Positions 63,692 to 64,000 of a DNA stretch of 64,000 nucleotides are shown here, piece after piece. A program made the translations under genes and the position numbers. Under the pieces are notes generated by a model, which was not told the origin of the DNA, searched no databases, and saw nothing but the letters and a program-made list of their open reading frames with translations. Location: sequence record NC_104726.1; one strand, written 5' to 3'. Within the stretch, counting starts at the first letter, position 1. The number at the start of each line of letters is the position of its first letter. This DNA is from a phage.

Positions 63692-64000
63692 AGATTGAGA
63701 TTACTAAAGAAGGTAAGAAAGTGTCCGGCAACTATGCAACAGTAATTCGGGATTTAATGTTTGAAGCCACCAAGATCGGTACATCTAAAGTTGGTCAAAC
63801 TGTTAGTGTGAAAAGTAATATCTCCACAGGAGAGAAGGTATTCATTGTGGTCAAAGGGCAGGATCCCGTGGAAGGAACAGTGGGCCGAGGTGGCTACCTG
63901 TGCATTTCTGAAGAGCCGCGTATGTTAGTGGCTGACGCTACTATGGGTGGGAAACGTGTGTGCGAGGCGGATGAGGTAATGATTATCCAACCTGTTGATC
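63688..64000 (+). CDS. hypothetical protein, 5' portion (continues beyond right edge of window)
   Basis: ATG at 63688 (ATGA overlap), frame open to 64000: MKIEITKEGKKVSGNYATVIRDL... Confidence 0.35.
   Translation, partial: MKIEITKEGKKVSGNYATVIRDLMFEATKIGTSKVGQTVSVKSNISTGEKVFIVVKGQDPVEGTVGRGGYLCISEEPRMLVADATMGGKRVCEADEVMIIQPVD

Overview
The window is a 64-kb segment of a contractile-tailed dsDNA phage, inferred to infect a Gram-negative host (Rz/Rz1-type spanin pair, lambda-R-like transglycosylase). All calls are from reading the sequence and ORF track by eye; no search or folding tool was run, and exact boundaries (especially splice junctions and start codons) are approximate. Layout: (i) 1-29.5 kb, late genes on the minus strand: tail fibers/tailspike, baseplate, tape measure, chaperones, tube, sheath, neck, head genes, portal, terminase, spanins. 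(ii) 29.9-30.7 kb, a 7-tRNA cluster on the minus strand (Pro, Met, Thr, Lys, Ser, Tyr, Arg). (iii) 30.8-34.7 kb, small minus-strand genes, a ~660-bp non-coding control region, and a kinase plus phosphoesterase pair. (iv) 34.7-64 kb, early genes on the plus strand: RNA ligase, Sir2, MazG-like, DNA ligase, endolysin, HNH endonucleases, RNase H-like nuclease, two resolvases, exonuclease, two adenine methyltransferases, dNMP kinase, nucleotidase, ThyX, NrdA/NrdB/glutaredoxin, NrdD/NrdG, PhoH, ClpP-like protease. Most notable observations: the large terminase gene appears split by two related group I introns (one carrying an HNH endonuclease ORF) and nrdD by a third; an atypical tRNA-Lys(UUU) with a ~29-nt extra arm sits near a split Pnkp-like kinase/phosphoesterase plus Rnl1-type RNA ligase cassette; a zinc-ribbon-less Sir2 follows the ligase; and a non-coding region carries four 21-bp-spaced palindromic sites. 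The best candidate for an undescribed system is the RNA-repair/NAD cassette together with the atypical tRNA-Lys, but this is inference.
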